Translations under genes and position numbers: made by a program | Shown here: one piece after another, positions 10,923-19,793 of the stretch | Numbering within the stretch: the first letter of the stretch is position 1 | Layout of the letters: each line of letters opens with the position of its first letter | The notes under the pieces: generated by a model | Told to the model about the DNA's origin: nothing | Database searches by the model: none | What the model saw: only the letters and a program-made list of their open reading frames with translations | Source of the DNA: Phenylobacterium sp. | Lineage (GTDB): Bacteria; Pseudomonadota; Alphaproteobacteria; Caulobacterales; Caulobacteraceae | Length of the DNA stretch: 64,000 nucleotides | Direction of reading: 5' to 3' | Assembly: GCF_036502675.1 (NCBI RefSeq) | Contig: NZ_DASXYF010000098.1 | Location: 1,118 to 65,117 of the forward strand

Positions 10923-11828
10923 ATGCGCACGGCGCTGCTGCATCTGGACGACGCGCTGGGCGGCCAGGAGACCCTCTGCGCCCGGGTCGCGGCCACGGGC
11001 GGCTGCGCGCTCGACCTGCGCGACCTGGGACCGGCCCTGCGCCTCTGGGCGCGGCCGGACGCGCTGGACCGGCTGGCGTCGCGGCTGGACGCAGGCCTTC
11101 CCGACGGCCCGCTGCTGGCGGTCTCGGGCTCGGGCGACTTCCATCACGTGACCGCCCTGCTGCTGGCCCGCGCCTGCGAGCAGGCGAGCGACGACGTGAC
11201 CGTCGTGCACTTCGACAACCATCCCGACTGGGTGCGGTTCGGACGCGGCCTGCACTGCGGCTCCTGGGTGGCGCGCGCCGCGCGGACGCCCGGAGTGGCC
11301 AAGGTGGTCACCGTGGGCGTCTGCAGCCGCGACATCCGCGCGCCGCAGGCCCGGCGCGCGGATCCTGAGCTGATCGCCGGCGGCCGGCTGGAGGTCTACG
11401 CCTATCCGGAACCGCCGGCGGGGGCGCAGCCGACCTTCGCCGACCGCTGGCCGGCCATCGCCGCCGTGGGCGAGGCGGCGTTCGCCGCCCTGCTGCCCGG
11501 GCGCATCAAGACCGCCGCCGTCTACGTCACCATCGACAAGGACGTCCTGCGGCCGCAGGACGCCGCCACCAACTGGGACCAGGGCCGGCTGCCGCTCGAG
11601 GCGCTGGAGACCCTGGTCCGCGCCGCCTGCGACGGGCGAAGGCTCGCGGGCGCCGACGTGGTGGGCGACTGGTCGCGGCCGGCCTATGGCGGCGGCCCGG
11701 CGGCGATGCTCAAGCGCGGCGAGGCCTGGATGGACCAGCCCCGCGCCCGTCCCGGGCCCCAGGCCATCGCCGGCAACCAGGCGACGAACCTGCGGCTGAT
11801 CGACCTGATCGAGAGGCTGGCCCCATGA
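10923..11828 (+). CDS. Arginase/ureohydrolase-fold metalloenzyme
   Basis: GSGDFHH, FDNHPD (DxHxD), HCGSW, TIDKDVL. Confidence 0.8.
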   Translation: MRTALLHLDDALGGQETLCARVAATGGCALDLRDLGPALRLWARPDALDRLASRLDAGLPDGPLLAVSGSGDFHHVTALLLARACEQASDDVTVVHFDNHPDWVRFGRGLHCGSWVARAARTPGVAKVVTVGVCSRDIRAPQARRADPELIAGGRLEVYAYPEPPAGAQPTFADRWPAIAAVGEAAFAALLPGRIKTAAVYVTIDKDVLRPQDAATNWDQGRLPLEALETLVRAACDGRRLAGADVVGDWSRPAYGGGPAAMLKRGEAWMDQPRARPGPQAIAGNQATNLRLIDLIERLAP

Positions 11829-12193
11829 GCGGCGACCTCACCACCACCTCGCTCGCCCTGCTGGGCTTCTGCATCCTGGCCGAGATCGGGGTGCAGCTGA
11901 GCTTCAAGACCGTCGCCGACGGCGCGGGGGGCGAGGGCTTCGTCGCGGCGCTGTTCGCCAGGCCGCTGCTGTGGGCGGGACTCTGCCTGTGGGCGGTGGA
12001 GCTGGTCGCCTGGATCCTGGTGCTGGAGCGGACGCCCCTGGCGCTGGCCTATCCGATCATGACGCTCAACTTCGCCGCCGTTCCCATCGCCGGCGCGCTG
12101 GTGCTGCGCGAGCGGCTGAGCCGCAGCCAGGTCGCGGGCGCGGCCCTGGTCGCCGCCGGCGTGCTCTGCGTCTCGCTCTCGGGGCTTCGATGA
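11825..12193 (+). CDS. Small 4-TM SMR/DMT protein (ArnE/F-like)
   Basis: 122 aa, four hydrophobic helices, W..VL...PLALAYP, LRERLS. Confidence 0.8.
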   Translation: MSGDLTTTSLALLGFCILAEIGVQLSFKTVADGAGGEGFVAALFARPLLWAGLCLWAVELVAWILVLERTPLALAYPIMTLNFAAVPIAGALVLRERLSRSQVAGAALVAAGVLCVSLSGLR

Positions 12194-13116
12194 AGACGCC
12201 GCCCATGACCGTCCCCGACCACCGGCTGCCCAAGCGCAAGCATGGCCTCTTCGCCTGGACGCCGTGGGACGCCGTCCCCGTGGCCGCGGCCTTCGCGCAC
12301 CTGGCCTTCGTGGTCTGGGCGGTGGCCGGGTTCGAGGCGCGGCCCTGGTGGGGAAACCTGATCTGCGGCGGCCTCTATGCGCTGGCCATGAGCTGGAACA
12401 TCAACGGGGTGTCGCACAACTTCCTGCACACCCCCTACTTCCGCTCGCTGCGCCTGAACTACGCCTTCTCCCTGCTGGAGTCGGTGGCCATCGGCTTTTC
12501 GCAGACCTTCTACACCTGGGTGCACCTGCGCCACCACGAGGGCGACAGCGACCGGCCGGGGCCGGACGGGACCACCCGCGACTGGCTGTCCATCTACCGC
12601 CACGGGACGGACGGGCGGCCGGAAGGCCTGCTGAGCTACGTCTTCGTGGGCGCTCTGCGCGGCGGTTCGGTCCATGCGGCGCTGAAGGCCCGCCGGCCGC
12701 TGCAGACCCTGTGGGGCCGCATCGAAGTGGCCGCCGTCGCGCTCTTCACCCTGGGCATAGCGCTGGTGAGCTGGAAGGCGGTGCTGTTCCTGCTCCCCTT
12801 CCACTCCCTCGGCGAGTGCCTGTCGCAGCTCAACGGCTACTACGAGCACCTGAACGGCGACCCGGACGAGCCGATGGCCTGGGGGGTCTCCAGCTACGCG
12901 CCGCTCTACAACCTCACCTGGTTCAACAACGGCCACCACGCCGAGCACCACTTCCGCCCCGCGGTCCACTGGACCCGGCTGCCGGCCCTGCGCCGCCCGC
13001 TGACCGCCGAGCAGGCCGCCAGGGGCGTGCATGTGATCGGCCCGCCGCACGGCCTGGGCTTCCTGGCCCGGACCAACCGCCGCAAACGCATACCCCTCTG
13101 GGAGGCCGCCGCTTGA
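12190..13116 (+). CDS. Membrane fatty-acid desaturase/hydroxylase family
   Basis: Three His boxes HNFLH, HLRHH, HAEHH with TM segments; ATG overlaps the upstream stop. Confidence 0.87.
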   Translation: MKTPPMTVPDHRLPKRKHGLFAWTPWDAVPVAAAFAHLAFVVWAVAGFEARPWWGNLICGGLYALAMSWNINGVSHNFLHTPYFRSLRLNYAFSLLESVAIGFSQTFYTWVHLRHHEGDSDRPGPDGTTRDWLSIYRHGTDGRPEGLLSYVFVGALRGGSVHAALKARRPLQTLWGRIEVAAVALFTLGIALVSWKAVLFLLPFHSLGECLSQLNGYYEHLNGDPDEPMAWGVSSYAPLYNLTWFNNGHHAEHHFRPAVHWTRLPALRRPLTAEQAARGVHVIGPPHGLGFLARTNRRKRIPLWEAAA

Positions 13117-13940
13117 TCGACCGCAGTTTCAAGGTCCTGCCCTCCACCGAGCGGGGCGTCCTCCTGATCCACGGCATGACCGGCGCACCCGGCGAGATGA
13201 AGCCGCTGGCCAAGCGGCTGATCCGGCGGGGCTTTTCCGTCGCCTGCCCGCAGCTCGCCGGCCACGGCGCCGACCAGGCGACGCTGCTCGCCACCGGCTG
13301 GCGCGACTGGCTGGACAGCGTGGTCCGCGCCTACGACGCCTTCGCCGCCGAGGTGAAGGAAGTGAGCGTCGCAGGCGTCTGCGCCGGTGGAGCGCTGGGC
13401 CTGCTGCTGGCCCGCGAGCGGCCGGCGGTGCGGGCCGCGGCGGTCTATTCGATGACCTTCGAATACGACGGCTGGAACATGCCCCGCTGGGCGGCGGCGG
13501 CGCCGGCGATCCAGCTGATGGCCAACCTGCCCGGCGTGCGCAACCTGAGCTTCGCCGAGCCCTGGCCGTTCGGGCTGAAGGACGAGCGGCTGCGCGAGCT
13601 GGCGGCCGTCGCGCCGGAATCGCTGATCGAGGGCGCGCTGCCACGCATGCCGCTGGGCTCGCTCTACCAGCTCTACCGCCTGGGCCGGCAGGTGGAGCGG
13701 CAGGGCGCCGGCATCTTCACGCCGACGCTGATCCTGCACGCCCGGGAGGACGACATGAGCCATCCGCGCAACGCGGCGCGGCTGCAGGCGGCGCTGGGCG
13801 GCTCCGTCGAGATGCGGCTGCTGGAGGACAGCTTCCACATGATCCACGTGGACAAGGAACGCGACGTGGTGGCCGACATGACCGCCCGCTTCTTCTCCGA
13901 CCACGCGCAGATCGGCCGCGACGAGACCATCGATGCCTGA
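13113..13940 (+). CDS. Alpha/beta hydrolase (carboxylesterase-like) with Cys at the nucleophile elbow
   Basis: LLIHG, LAGHG, GVCAGG, ILHAREDD, SFHMI. TTG start overlaps the desaturase stop. Confidence 0.82.
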   Translation: MIDRSFKVLPSTERGVLLIHGMTGAPGEMKPLAKRLIRRGFSVACPQLAGHGADQATLLATGWRDWLDSVVRAYDAFAAEVKEVSVAGVCAGGALGLLLARERPAVRAAAVYSMTFEYDGWNMPRWAAAAPAIQLMANLPGVRNLSFAEPWPFGLKDERLRELAAVAPESLIEGALPRMPLGSLYQLYRLGRQVERQGAGIFTPTLILHAREDDMSHPRNAARLQAALGGSVEMRLLEDSFHMIHVDKERDVVADMTARFFSDHAQIGRDETIDA

Positions 13941-15045
13941 GGTCGAGGTCGCCGCCGCCATCGCCCAGTTCGGGCGGGAGGCCTGGGACGCGGTGTTCCC
14001 CGGCGAGGTGGAGGCCTACGACTACCTCTCGGCGATCGAGGCGTCCGGCCTGCCGGGGTTCCGCTGGCGCTACCTGGGCGTCCGGGAGACGGGCCGGCTG
14101 GTCGCCGCGGCGCCGGCGTTCCTGACCGACTATCCTTTGGAGACGACGCTGGAGGGCGCGCCCCGGCGACTGCTGGCGGCCGCCCGGCGCATGGCCCCGG
14201 ACCTCCTGACCCTCAGGCTCGCCTGCCTGGGCTCGCCCTGCGTCGAGACCGCCTCGGCGGGCTTCCATCCGCAGGTTCCGGCCGGCGAGCGGCCGCGGCT
14301 GGCGCAGCGCCTGCTGGAAGGCCTCGCCGCCGAGGCGCAGCGGGCGCGTTGCACGCTGCTGGGCCTGAAGGACGTGGCCGCGCCCGACCAGGGCCTCTGG
14401 GACGCGGCGGCCCGCCCCCTCGGCTTCCGCCCCCTGCCCGGCCAGCCGGTGGCGGACCTCGACATCGACTTCGCGGACCTCGACGCCTACCTGGCCCGGC
14501 TCTCCCCCGGCGTCCGGCGGGACATGCGCCGCAAGCTGCGGTCGCTGGGCGCGGTCCGCATCGAGGTGCGCGAGACCCTCGACGGCCTGCTGGACCGGGT
14601 GAGCGCCCTCTACGCCGAGACCCGCGCCCGGGCCGAGATGCAGTTCGAGGAGCTGACGCCCGCCTATTTCAGCGAGGTGCTGCGGCGGATGCCGGGCCGG
14701 GCCTTCGCCGTCCTCTACTTCCAGGGCGAGGACCTGCTGGCGGTGAACCTGCTGCTGCAGGACCACGGCGTGCTCCTGGACAAGTTCTTCTGCATGGAGG
14801 CGGCGCGGGGGCGTCCGCTCAACCTCTACTTCCTGAGCTGGTTCACCAACGTGCGCCTTTGCCTGGAGCGCGGGCTCACGCGCTACCGCAGCGGCCAGGC
14901 GGCCTATGAGACCAAGCTCAAGCTCGGCAGCCGGCTGACCCGCACCTCGCTCTACTTCCGGCATCGGCATCCGGTGGTGAACGGCGCCCTGCGGCTGGCC
15001 GCGCCGCTGTTCGGGGCCGACCCGACCCAGAGGCGGGCCGCATGA
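13933..15045 (+). CDS. FemAB/BioF2-like GNAT-fold acyltransferase
   Basis: FADLDAYLARLS..RRDMRRK, LTPAYF, NLYFLSW, SGQAAYETKLKLG. Confidence 0.78.
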   Translation: MPEVEVAAAIAQFGREAWDAVFPGEVEAYDYLSAIEASGLPGFRWRYLGVRETGRLVAAAPAFLTDYPLETTLEGAPRRLLAAARRMAPDLLTLRLACLGSPCVETASAGFHPQVPAGERPRLAQRLLEGLAAEAQRARCTLLGLKDVAAPDQGLWDAAARPLGFRPLPGQPVADLDIDFADLDAYLARLSPGVRRDMRRKLRSLGAVRIEVRETLDGLLDRVSALYAETRARAEMQFEELTPAYFSEVLRRMPGRAFAVLYFQGEDLLAVNLLLQDHGVLLDKFFCMEAARGRPLNLYFLSWFTNVRLCLERGLTRYRSGQAAYETKLKLGSRLTRTSLYFRHRHPVVNGALRLAAPLFGADPTQRRAA

Positions 15046-15452
15046 CGATCTGGAGCATCAGCGAGGGGATCAGGGGCCGGCGGCGCCTGGCCCTGGGCGC
15101 GCTGGGCGGGGCGATGCCGTTCCTGACCTCGGGTTACCAGGTGGCGGCCGAGACCAGCGCCCGGAGCCTGGGCGGCCAGGCGTTCGGCCCGGCCTGGCTG
15201 GCGCGCCTGATGACGCTGCCCTCCACCTGGGCGCTGCTGGTCCTGGAGGCCGTCAGCTTCGCCGTCTGGATGCTGGTGCTGTCGCAGATGAAGCTATCGG
15301 CGGCCTTCGCGCTTTCCGCGGTCGGCTACGTGCTGGTGATCCTGGCGAGCTGGCTGCTGTTCCACGAGCGCGCCGACCTCTTCCAGGTCGCCGGCGGAGC
15401 TGCGATCCTGGCGGGGGTCTGGCTGATCGGCCGGCCTGGGGAACAGCCGTGA
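15042..15452 (+). CDS. Small 4-TM SMR/DMT protein (ArnE/F-like), second copy
   Basis: WMLVLSQMKLSAAFALS..YVLV..LFHE..GGAAILAGV. Confidence 0.78.
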   Translation: MTIWSISEGIRGRRRLALGALGGAMPFLTSGYQVAAETSARSLGGQAFGPAWLARLMTLPSTWALLVLEAVSFAVWMLVLSQMKLSAAFALSAVGYVLVILASWLLFHERADLFQVAGGAAILAGVWLIGRPGEQP

Positions 15453-16579
15453 AGACGCTGGCGCTCAAGACCCTGCTGCACGACTGGCGGCGCTATGCGC
15501 CGGCGGTGGTGGCGGTGGCCTTCTCCGGGCTGCTGGTGCTGCTGCAGGGGGCGGTGATCCTGGGGATCTTCTCGCTCTCCAGCCTCTATGTGACCCGCTC
15601 GTCGGCGGACCTGTGGGTGGGATTCCCCGGGGTGCAGAGCATCGACCTGGGCCGCCCGATCGCCGCCCAGGCGGAGATGTTCATCTGGATGAACCCGCAC
15701 GTGAAGCGCGTGGAGCCGTTCCTCTGGGGCTCGGGCCAGTGGCGGACGGAGCGGCGGGGGATGGTCAACGTCTACATCGTCGGCGTCGACGCCGCCGACG
15801 ACGCCATGGCGCTGGACGACGTGCTGACGCCGGGCTTGCGCGCGCGGCTGCGGGCGCCGGGCGCGGTGCTGGTGGACGCGGGCGATATCGGCAAGCTGGG
15901 CTTGCAGGTGGGCGACACGGCCGAGATCAACGGCCAGCGGGTGCGGGTGGTCGGCGCGACCCGCGGCCTGCGCGCCCTGGGCGGCGTGAACGTGATCGCC
16001 TCCCTGGCCACCACGCGTGAGCTCGACCCGATGGCGGGGCCGGGCGGCGACGTGGCCTATTTCATCGCCCGGACCGACGATCCGAAGGCTGCGCCGGCCG
16101 TGGCCGCGGACCTCAACCGCACCGGCCGCGCCCGCGGGTTCGAGGCCATGACCGACGACCGCTTCGCCGCCCGCACCACACGCTACTGGCTGGTGGAGTC
16201 CGGCGCGGGCGCGGCCTTCGTGTTCGGCAGCATCACGGCGGTGCTGGTGGCCCTGGTGATCACCAGCCAGACGCTGGCCGCCGCGGTGGCCGCCTCCCTC
16301 AAGGAGTTCGCCGCCCTGCGCGCCCTGGGCTTCTCCATGGGCGCGCTGCGCGGAATCGTCGTGGCGCAGGCGGCCTGGGTGGGCGTGGCGGGCGTGGCGC
16401 TGGCCGGCGTCCTCACCGTCGCCCTGGTGGCCGCGGCGCGTTCGCAAGGCGTGCCGGTGGTGCTGTCGGGCGGAATGATGAGCGCGACCGGCGCGCTGGT
16501 GGTCGTGGTGGCCCTGGTCTCGGGCGCCTTCGCCCTGCGGCGGGTGGCCACCGCCGATCCGGCGACGTTGCTGCTATGA
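15449..16579 (+). CDS. ABC exporter permease (FtsX/MacB, DevC-like)
   Basis: N-terminal TM, ADLWV, periplasmic domain, KEFAALRALGFS, DPA C-terminus. Confidence 0.88.
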   Translation: MKTLALKTLLHDWRRYAPAVVAVAFSGLLVLLQGAVILGIFSLSSLYVTRSSADLWVGFPGVQSIDLGRPIAAQAEMFIWMNPHVKRVEPFLWGSGQWRTERRGMVNVYIVGVDAADDAMALDDVLTPGLRARLRAPGAVLVDAGDIGKLGLQVGDTAEINGQRVRVVGATRGLRALGGVNVIASLATTRELDPMAGPGGDVAYFIARTDDPKAAPAVAADLNRTGRARGFEAMTDDRFAARTTRYWLVESGAGAAFVFGSITAVLVALVITSQTLAAAVAASLKEFAALRALGFSMGALRGIVVAQAAWVGVAGVALAGVLTVALVAAARSQGVPVVLSGGMMSATGALVVVVALVSGAFALRRVATADPATLLL

Positions 16580-17457
16580 GCCGCGCCGGCGCCCTCGCCG
16601 CCGCAACGCTCCTGGCCCTCGCCCTGGGCGGCTGCCGGGCGCCGGAAAAGGCGCGCGCCGCGACCGCGGCCCACCCGGCCGTGGCCATGGCGCGCGGCGT
16701 GGTGGAGGCCGAGCCGGCGCTGGTCCGCATCCCGGCGCAGACCGACGGGATCCTGCGCCGCATCCTGGCGGAGGAAGGCGACCGCGTCGCCCCGGGCCAG
16801 CCGCTGGCCGAGCAGGACGCCCGGCAGGCGCGCCTCGTCGTCGCGGCGGCGGAGGCCGAGACGGCCGGGCGCCGCGCCGACCTGCTGGTCGCCGGGACCA
16901 AGGCCGCCGCCGCCGACCGCGAAGCGGCGCGGCTGGCGCGCCTCGCCCAGGCCGACGCCGGCACGCGCCAGGACGCCGAGCAGGCGGCCGCCGCCGCCCG
17001 GGCGGCGCAGGGCGAAGTTTCCCAAGCCCAGGCCGCCCTCGCCGCCGCCGAGAGCCGCCGCCGGCTGGCGGCGCTCACCGCCGACGCGCTGACCGTCCGG
17101 GCGCCGGCCGCGGGCCGCATCCTGCGCCGGTTCGCCGGCCAGGGCGCGTGGGCCGCCGCGGCCAGCCCGCTGTTCGTGCTGGAGCCCGACGGCCGCCGCG
17201 TGGTGCGGGCCGAGCTGGACGAGGCCTTCGCCGACCAGGTCCGCCCCGGCATGGCCGCCCAGGTGACCCGCGAATACCAGCAAGGCCGCGCCTACCGGGC
17301 GCGGGTGTTGCGGGTCGCCGACGCCTTCACCACCGCCGCCCTGTCGGAGGACCCCACCGCGCGGGCCGACACCCGGGTGTTCAGCGTGGTGCTGAGCGTG
17401 GAGGGCGGCGAGACGATGAAGCTCGGCCAGCGCGTGCTGGTCCGGATCGGACCTTGA
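16576..17457 (+). CDS. HlyD-family membrane fusion protein (probable lipoprotein)
   Basis: LGGC lipobox, EEGDRVAPGQPL, coiled coil, VRAPAAGRI, LGQRVLV. Confidence 0.88.
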   Translation: MSRAGALAAATLLALALGGCRAPEKARAATAAHPAVAMARGVVEAEPALVRIPAQTDGILRRILAEEGDRVAPGQPLAEQDARQARLVVAAAEAETAGRRADLLVAGTKAAAADREAARLARLAQADAGTRQDAEQAAAAARAAQGEVSQAQAALAAAESRRRLAALTADALTVRAPAAGRILRRFAGQGAWAAAASPLFVLEPDGRRVVRAELDEAFADQVRPGMAAQVTREYQQGRAYRARVLRVADAFTTAALSEDPTARADTRVFSVVLSVEGGETMKLGQRVLVRIGP

Positions 17458-18788
17458 GCGCCGCCCGGCGGCGGGCTGCGGCGCTGGCGGCGCTCGCCCT
17501 GGCGGTCGCCGGGACCGGCCTCGCCGGCGATCCGGCCCTGGCCGCCGCGCCGGCCGCCGCCCCGGCGCCGCGCGACCCCCCGTCCTGGCGCGAAGACCTG
17601 GGCGACCCGGTGCTGGCGGGCCTGCTGCGCCAGGCCGACGCCCATGCGCCGGACGTCAGGGCGGCCCGCGCGCGGCTCGACCGGGCCGAGGCCGACCTGG
17701 AAGCCGCCCGCGCCCCGCGGCGGCTGCAGGCGGAGGTCGGCGCCGCCGCCGCCGCGGGCGGGCGGCGGCTTTCCGGCGGCCACAGCGGCGCGACGCCCGA
17801 ACTGTCCGTCACCTACGAGCCGGACATCTTCGGCCGCCTGTCCCACGCGGCCCGGGCGGCGGTCCGCGAGCGCGACGCGGCCCGCGCCGACCTGGAGGCC
17901 GGGCGCCTGGCGGCCGGCGCCGAGACTGTGCGGAGCTACCTGGCGCTGCGGGCGGCGGAGGCGGCGCAGGGCTCGTCGGCCAGGCGCCGCGCGCTGGCCG
18001 CCCGCGCCCTCGACCTGGTCCGGACGCGCGCCCGCGAAGGCGCGGCCGCCGCCGACCTGCTGGCGGAACGCCGCGCCAACCTGGCCGAGGCGGAAGCCGC
18101 CCAGCGCACAGCCGACCGGGCGGTGGAGACGCGGGAAGCCGAGCTCGCGGCGTCCCTGGGCGCCGCCGAGCCCCCGCGGCTGCCGCCCGCCGGGCCCGCC
18201 GCGCCGCTGGCGGCCGCGCCGGCCGCCTTCGACGCGGACGCCGTGGACCTCCGTCCCGACGTGCGCGCCGCGCTGGCCCGGCTGGCGGCGGCGGACGAGC
18301 ACCGGGCCGAGGCGGTCGCCGCCGGCCGGCCGCACTTCAGCCTGACCGCCGCCCTGGGCGCACCGGACGCCGCGGTCGCCCTGCTGCTCGACAGCCGGGC
18401 GCTCGCCTGGGCGGTGGCCGGCGCGGTGAGCCAGAGCCTGCTCGACGGCGGCGCGAACCGGGCCCGCGTCCACGCCGCCCAGGCGGACGCCGACGGCGCG
18501 GAGGCGGCCTACCGCAAGGCCGTGCTGCAGGGCTGGTCGCAGATGGTCGCGGCGCTGAACGCCCGACGCGCCGCCGACGACGCGCTGGCCCAGGCGCAGG
18601 CGGCGGCCGACGCCGCCCAGGCCGCCCTGACCCGGGGCGAGACCCGCCATGCGGCCGGAGCCGCCGACGGGCTGGAGATCGTCGCCCTGCAGGACCGGCT
18701 CGAACGCGCCGCGGCTGGGCTGGAGGCTGCGCGCGGGGCCGCCCGCCTCGCCGAGGTCGACCTGGCGCTGGCGAGGGGCGGCGCATGA
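17454..18788 (+). CDS. TolC/NodT-family outer-membrane efflux protein
   Basis: DPVLAGL, PDVRAARAR, YEPDIFG, RPDVRAA, LLDGG, AYRKAVL, LALARGG. TTG start is inferred. Confidence 0.85.
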   Translation: MSAARRRAAALAALALAVAGTGLAGDPALAAAPAAAPAPRDPPSWREDLGDPVLAGLLRQADAHAPDVRAARARLDRAEADLEAARAPRRLQAEVGAAAAAGGRRLSGGHSGATPELSVTYEPDIFGRLSHAARAAVRERDAARADLEAGRLAAGAETVRSYLALRAAEAAQGSSARRRALAARALDLVRTRAREGAAAADLLAERRANLAEAEAAQRTADRAVETREAELAASLGAAEPPRLPPAGPAAPLAAAPAAFDADAVDLRPDVRAALARLAAADEHRAEAVAAGRPHFSLTAALGAPDAAVALLLDSRALAWAVAGAVSQSLLDGGANRARVHAAQADADGAEAAYRKAVLQGWSQMVAALNARRAADDALAQAQAAADAAQAALTRGETRHAAGAADGLEIVALQDRLERAAAGLEAARGAARLAEVDLALARGGA

Positions 18789-19462
18789 TCGAGCGGGTGG
18801 TGGCGGCCGAAGGGGTCTGCAAGAGCTATGGCGAGGGCCGGGCGCGGATCGAGGCCCTGCGGCCGGTGGACTTCGCCGTCGAACGCGGCGAGTTCGTCAT
18901 CGTCTCCGGCCCTTCGGGCTCGGGCAAGTCCACCCTGCTGGCCATCGTCTCGGGCCTGCTGTCTCCCAGCGCCGGGCGCGTGGAAGTGCTGGGCCAGGAC
19001 ATCGGCGCCCTGGACCGCGACCGCTTCGACCGGTTCCGGCTGGAGCACTTCGGTTTCATCTTCCAGGGCTTCCACCTGCTGCCGGCGCTGTCGGCACGGG
19101 AGCAGGTGTCCATCGTTCTGGAGCGCCAGGGCCTGAAGCCGGGCCTCGCCCTGGCCCGGGCCGAGGCGGCGCTGGCGGCGGTGGGCCTGGGCGAGCGGAC
19201 CCTGCAGCGGCCGGCGGCGCTGTCCGGCGGCGAGCGCCAGCGGGTGGCCATCGCCCGGGCGCTGGCCAAGCGGCCGCAGGTGATCTTCGCCGACGAGCCC
19301 ACCTCGGCCCTCGACCGGGAGAACGGACGCCAGGTCGCCCGCCTGCTGCAGACCGCGGCGGTGGACGACCGCGCCGCGGTGATCTGCGTCAGCCACGACC
19401 CGCGCATGGAGGCCTACGCCAGCCGCGTGGTGCGGATGGAGGACGGGACTTTTCTGGGCTGA
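18785..19462 (+). CDS. ABC transporter ATP-binding protein (LolD/DevA-like)
   Basis: GPSGSGKS, LSGGERQRVAIARAL, ADEPTSALD, SHD. Confidence 0.95.
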   Translation: MIERVVAAEGVCKSYGEGRARIEALRPVDFAVERGEFVIVSGPSGSGKSTLLAIVSGLLSPSAGRVEVLGQDIGALDRDRFDRFRLEHFGFIFQGFHLLPALSAREQVSIVLERQGLKPGLALARAEAALAAVGLGERTLQRPAALSGGERQRVAIARALAKRPQVIFADEPTSALDRENGRQVARLLQTAAVDDRAAVICVSHDPRMEAYASRVVRMEDGTFLG

Positions 19463-19540
19463 GGCGTCCGGGCTTCGGCGGCGTCCCAGGACTATGGGCG
19501 CCCGCAGGCGGACGCCGTTGTGACACGGAGCGTTCGGCGC

Positions 19541-19789
19541 ATGGCGCAGCAGATATCCGATGATGAGGTCCTCGACCTGATCGCCACGGAGGCGCTCCTG
19601 GATCGCGGGAACCTGACGCGCGAACTGCCCCTGAAGGACGTGGGCATCGCCTCCCTCGACCTGATCAGCATCCTGTTCGAGGTGGAAGACCGGTACGGCG
19701 TCCACGTCGAGGAGAGCGACTTCGCCCAGTGCGGAACCCTGGGCGCCTTCGTGGACCTCCTGAAGTCGCGCGTCGTCGCGGCGGCGTGA
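19541..19789 (+). CDS. Acyl carrier protein
   Basis: Acidic 82-aa protein with VGIASLD (phosphopantetheine Ser) and EVEDRYGV. Confidence 0.85.
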   Translation: MAQQISDDEVLDLIATEALLDRGNLTRELPLKDVGIASLDLISILFEVEDRYGVHVEESDFAQCGTLGAFVDLLKSRVVAAA

Positions 19790-19793
19790 CGCC

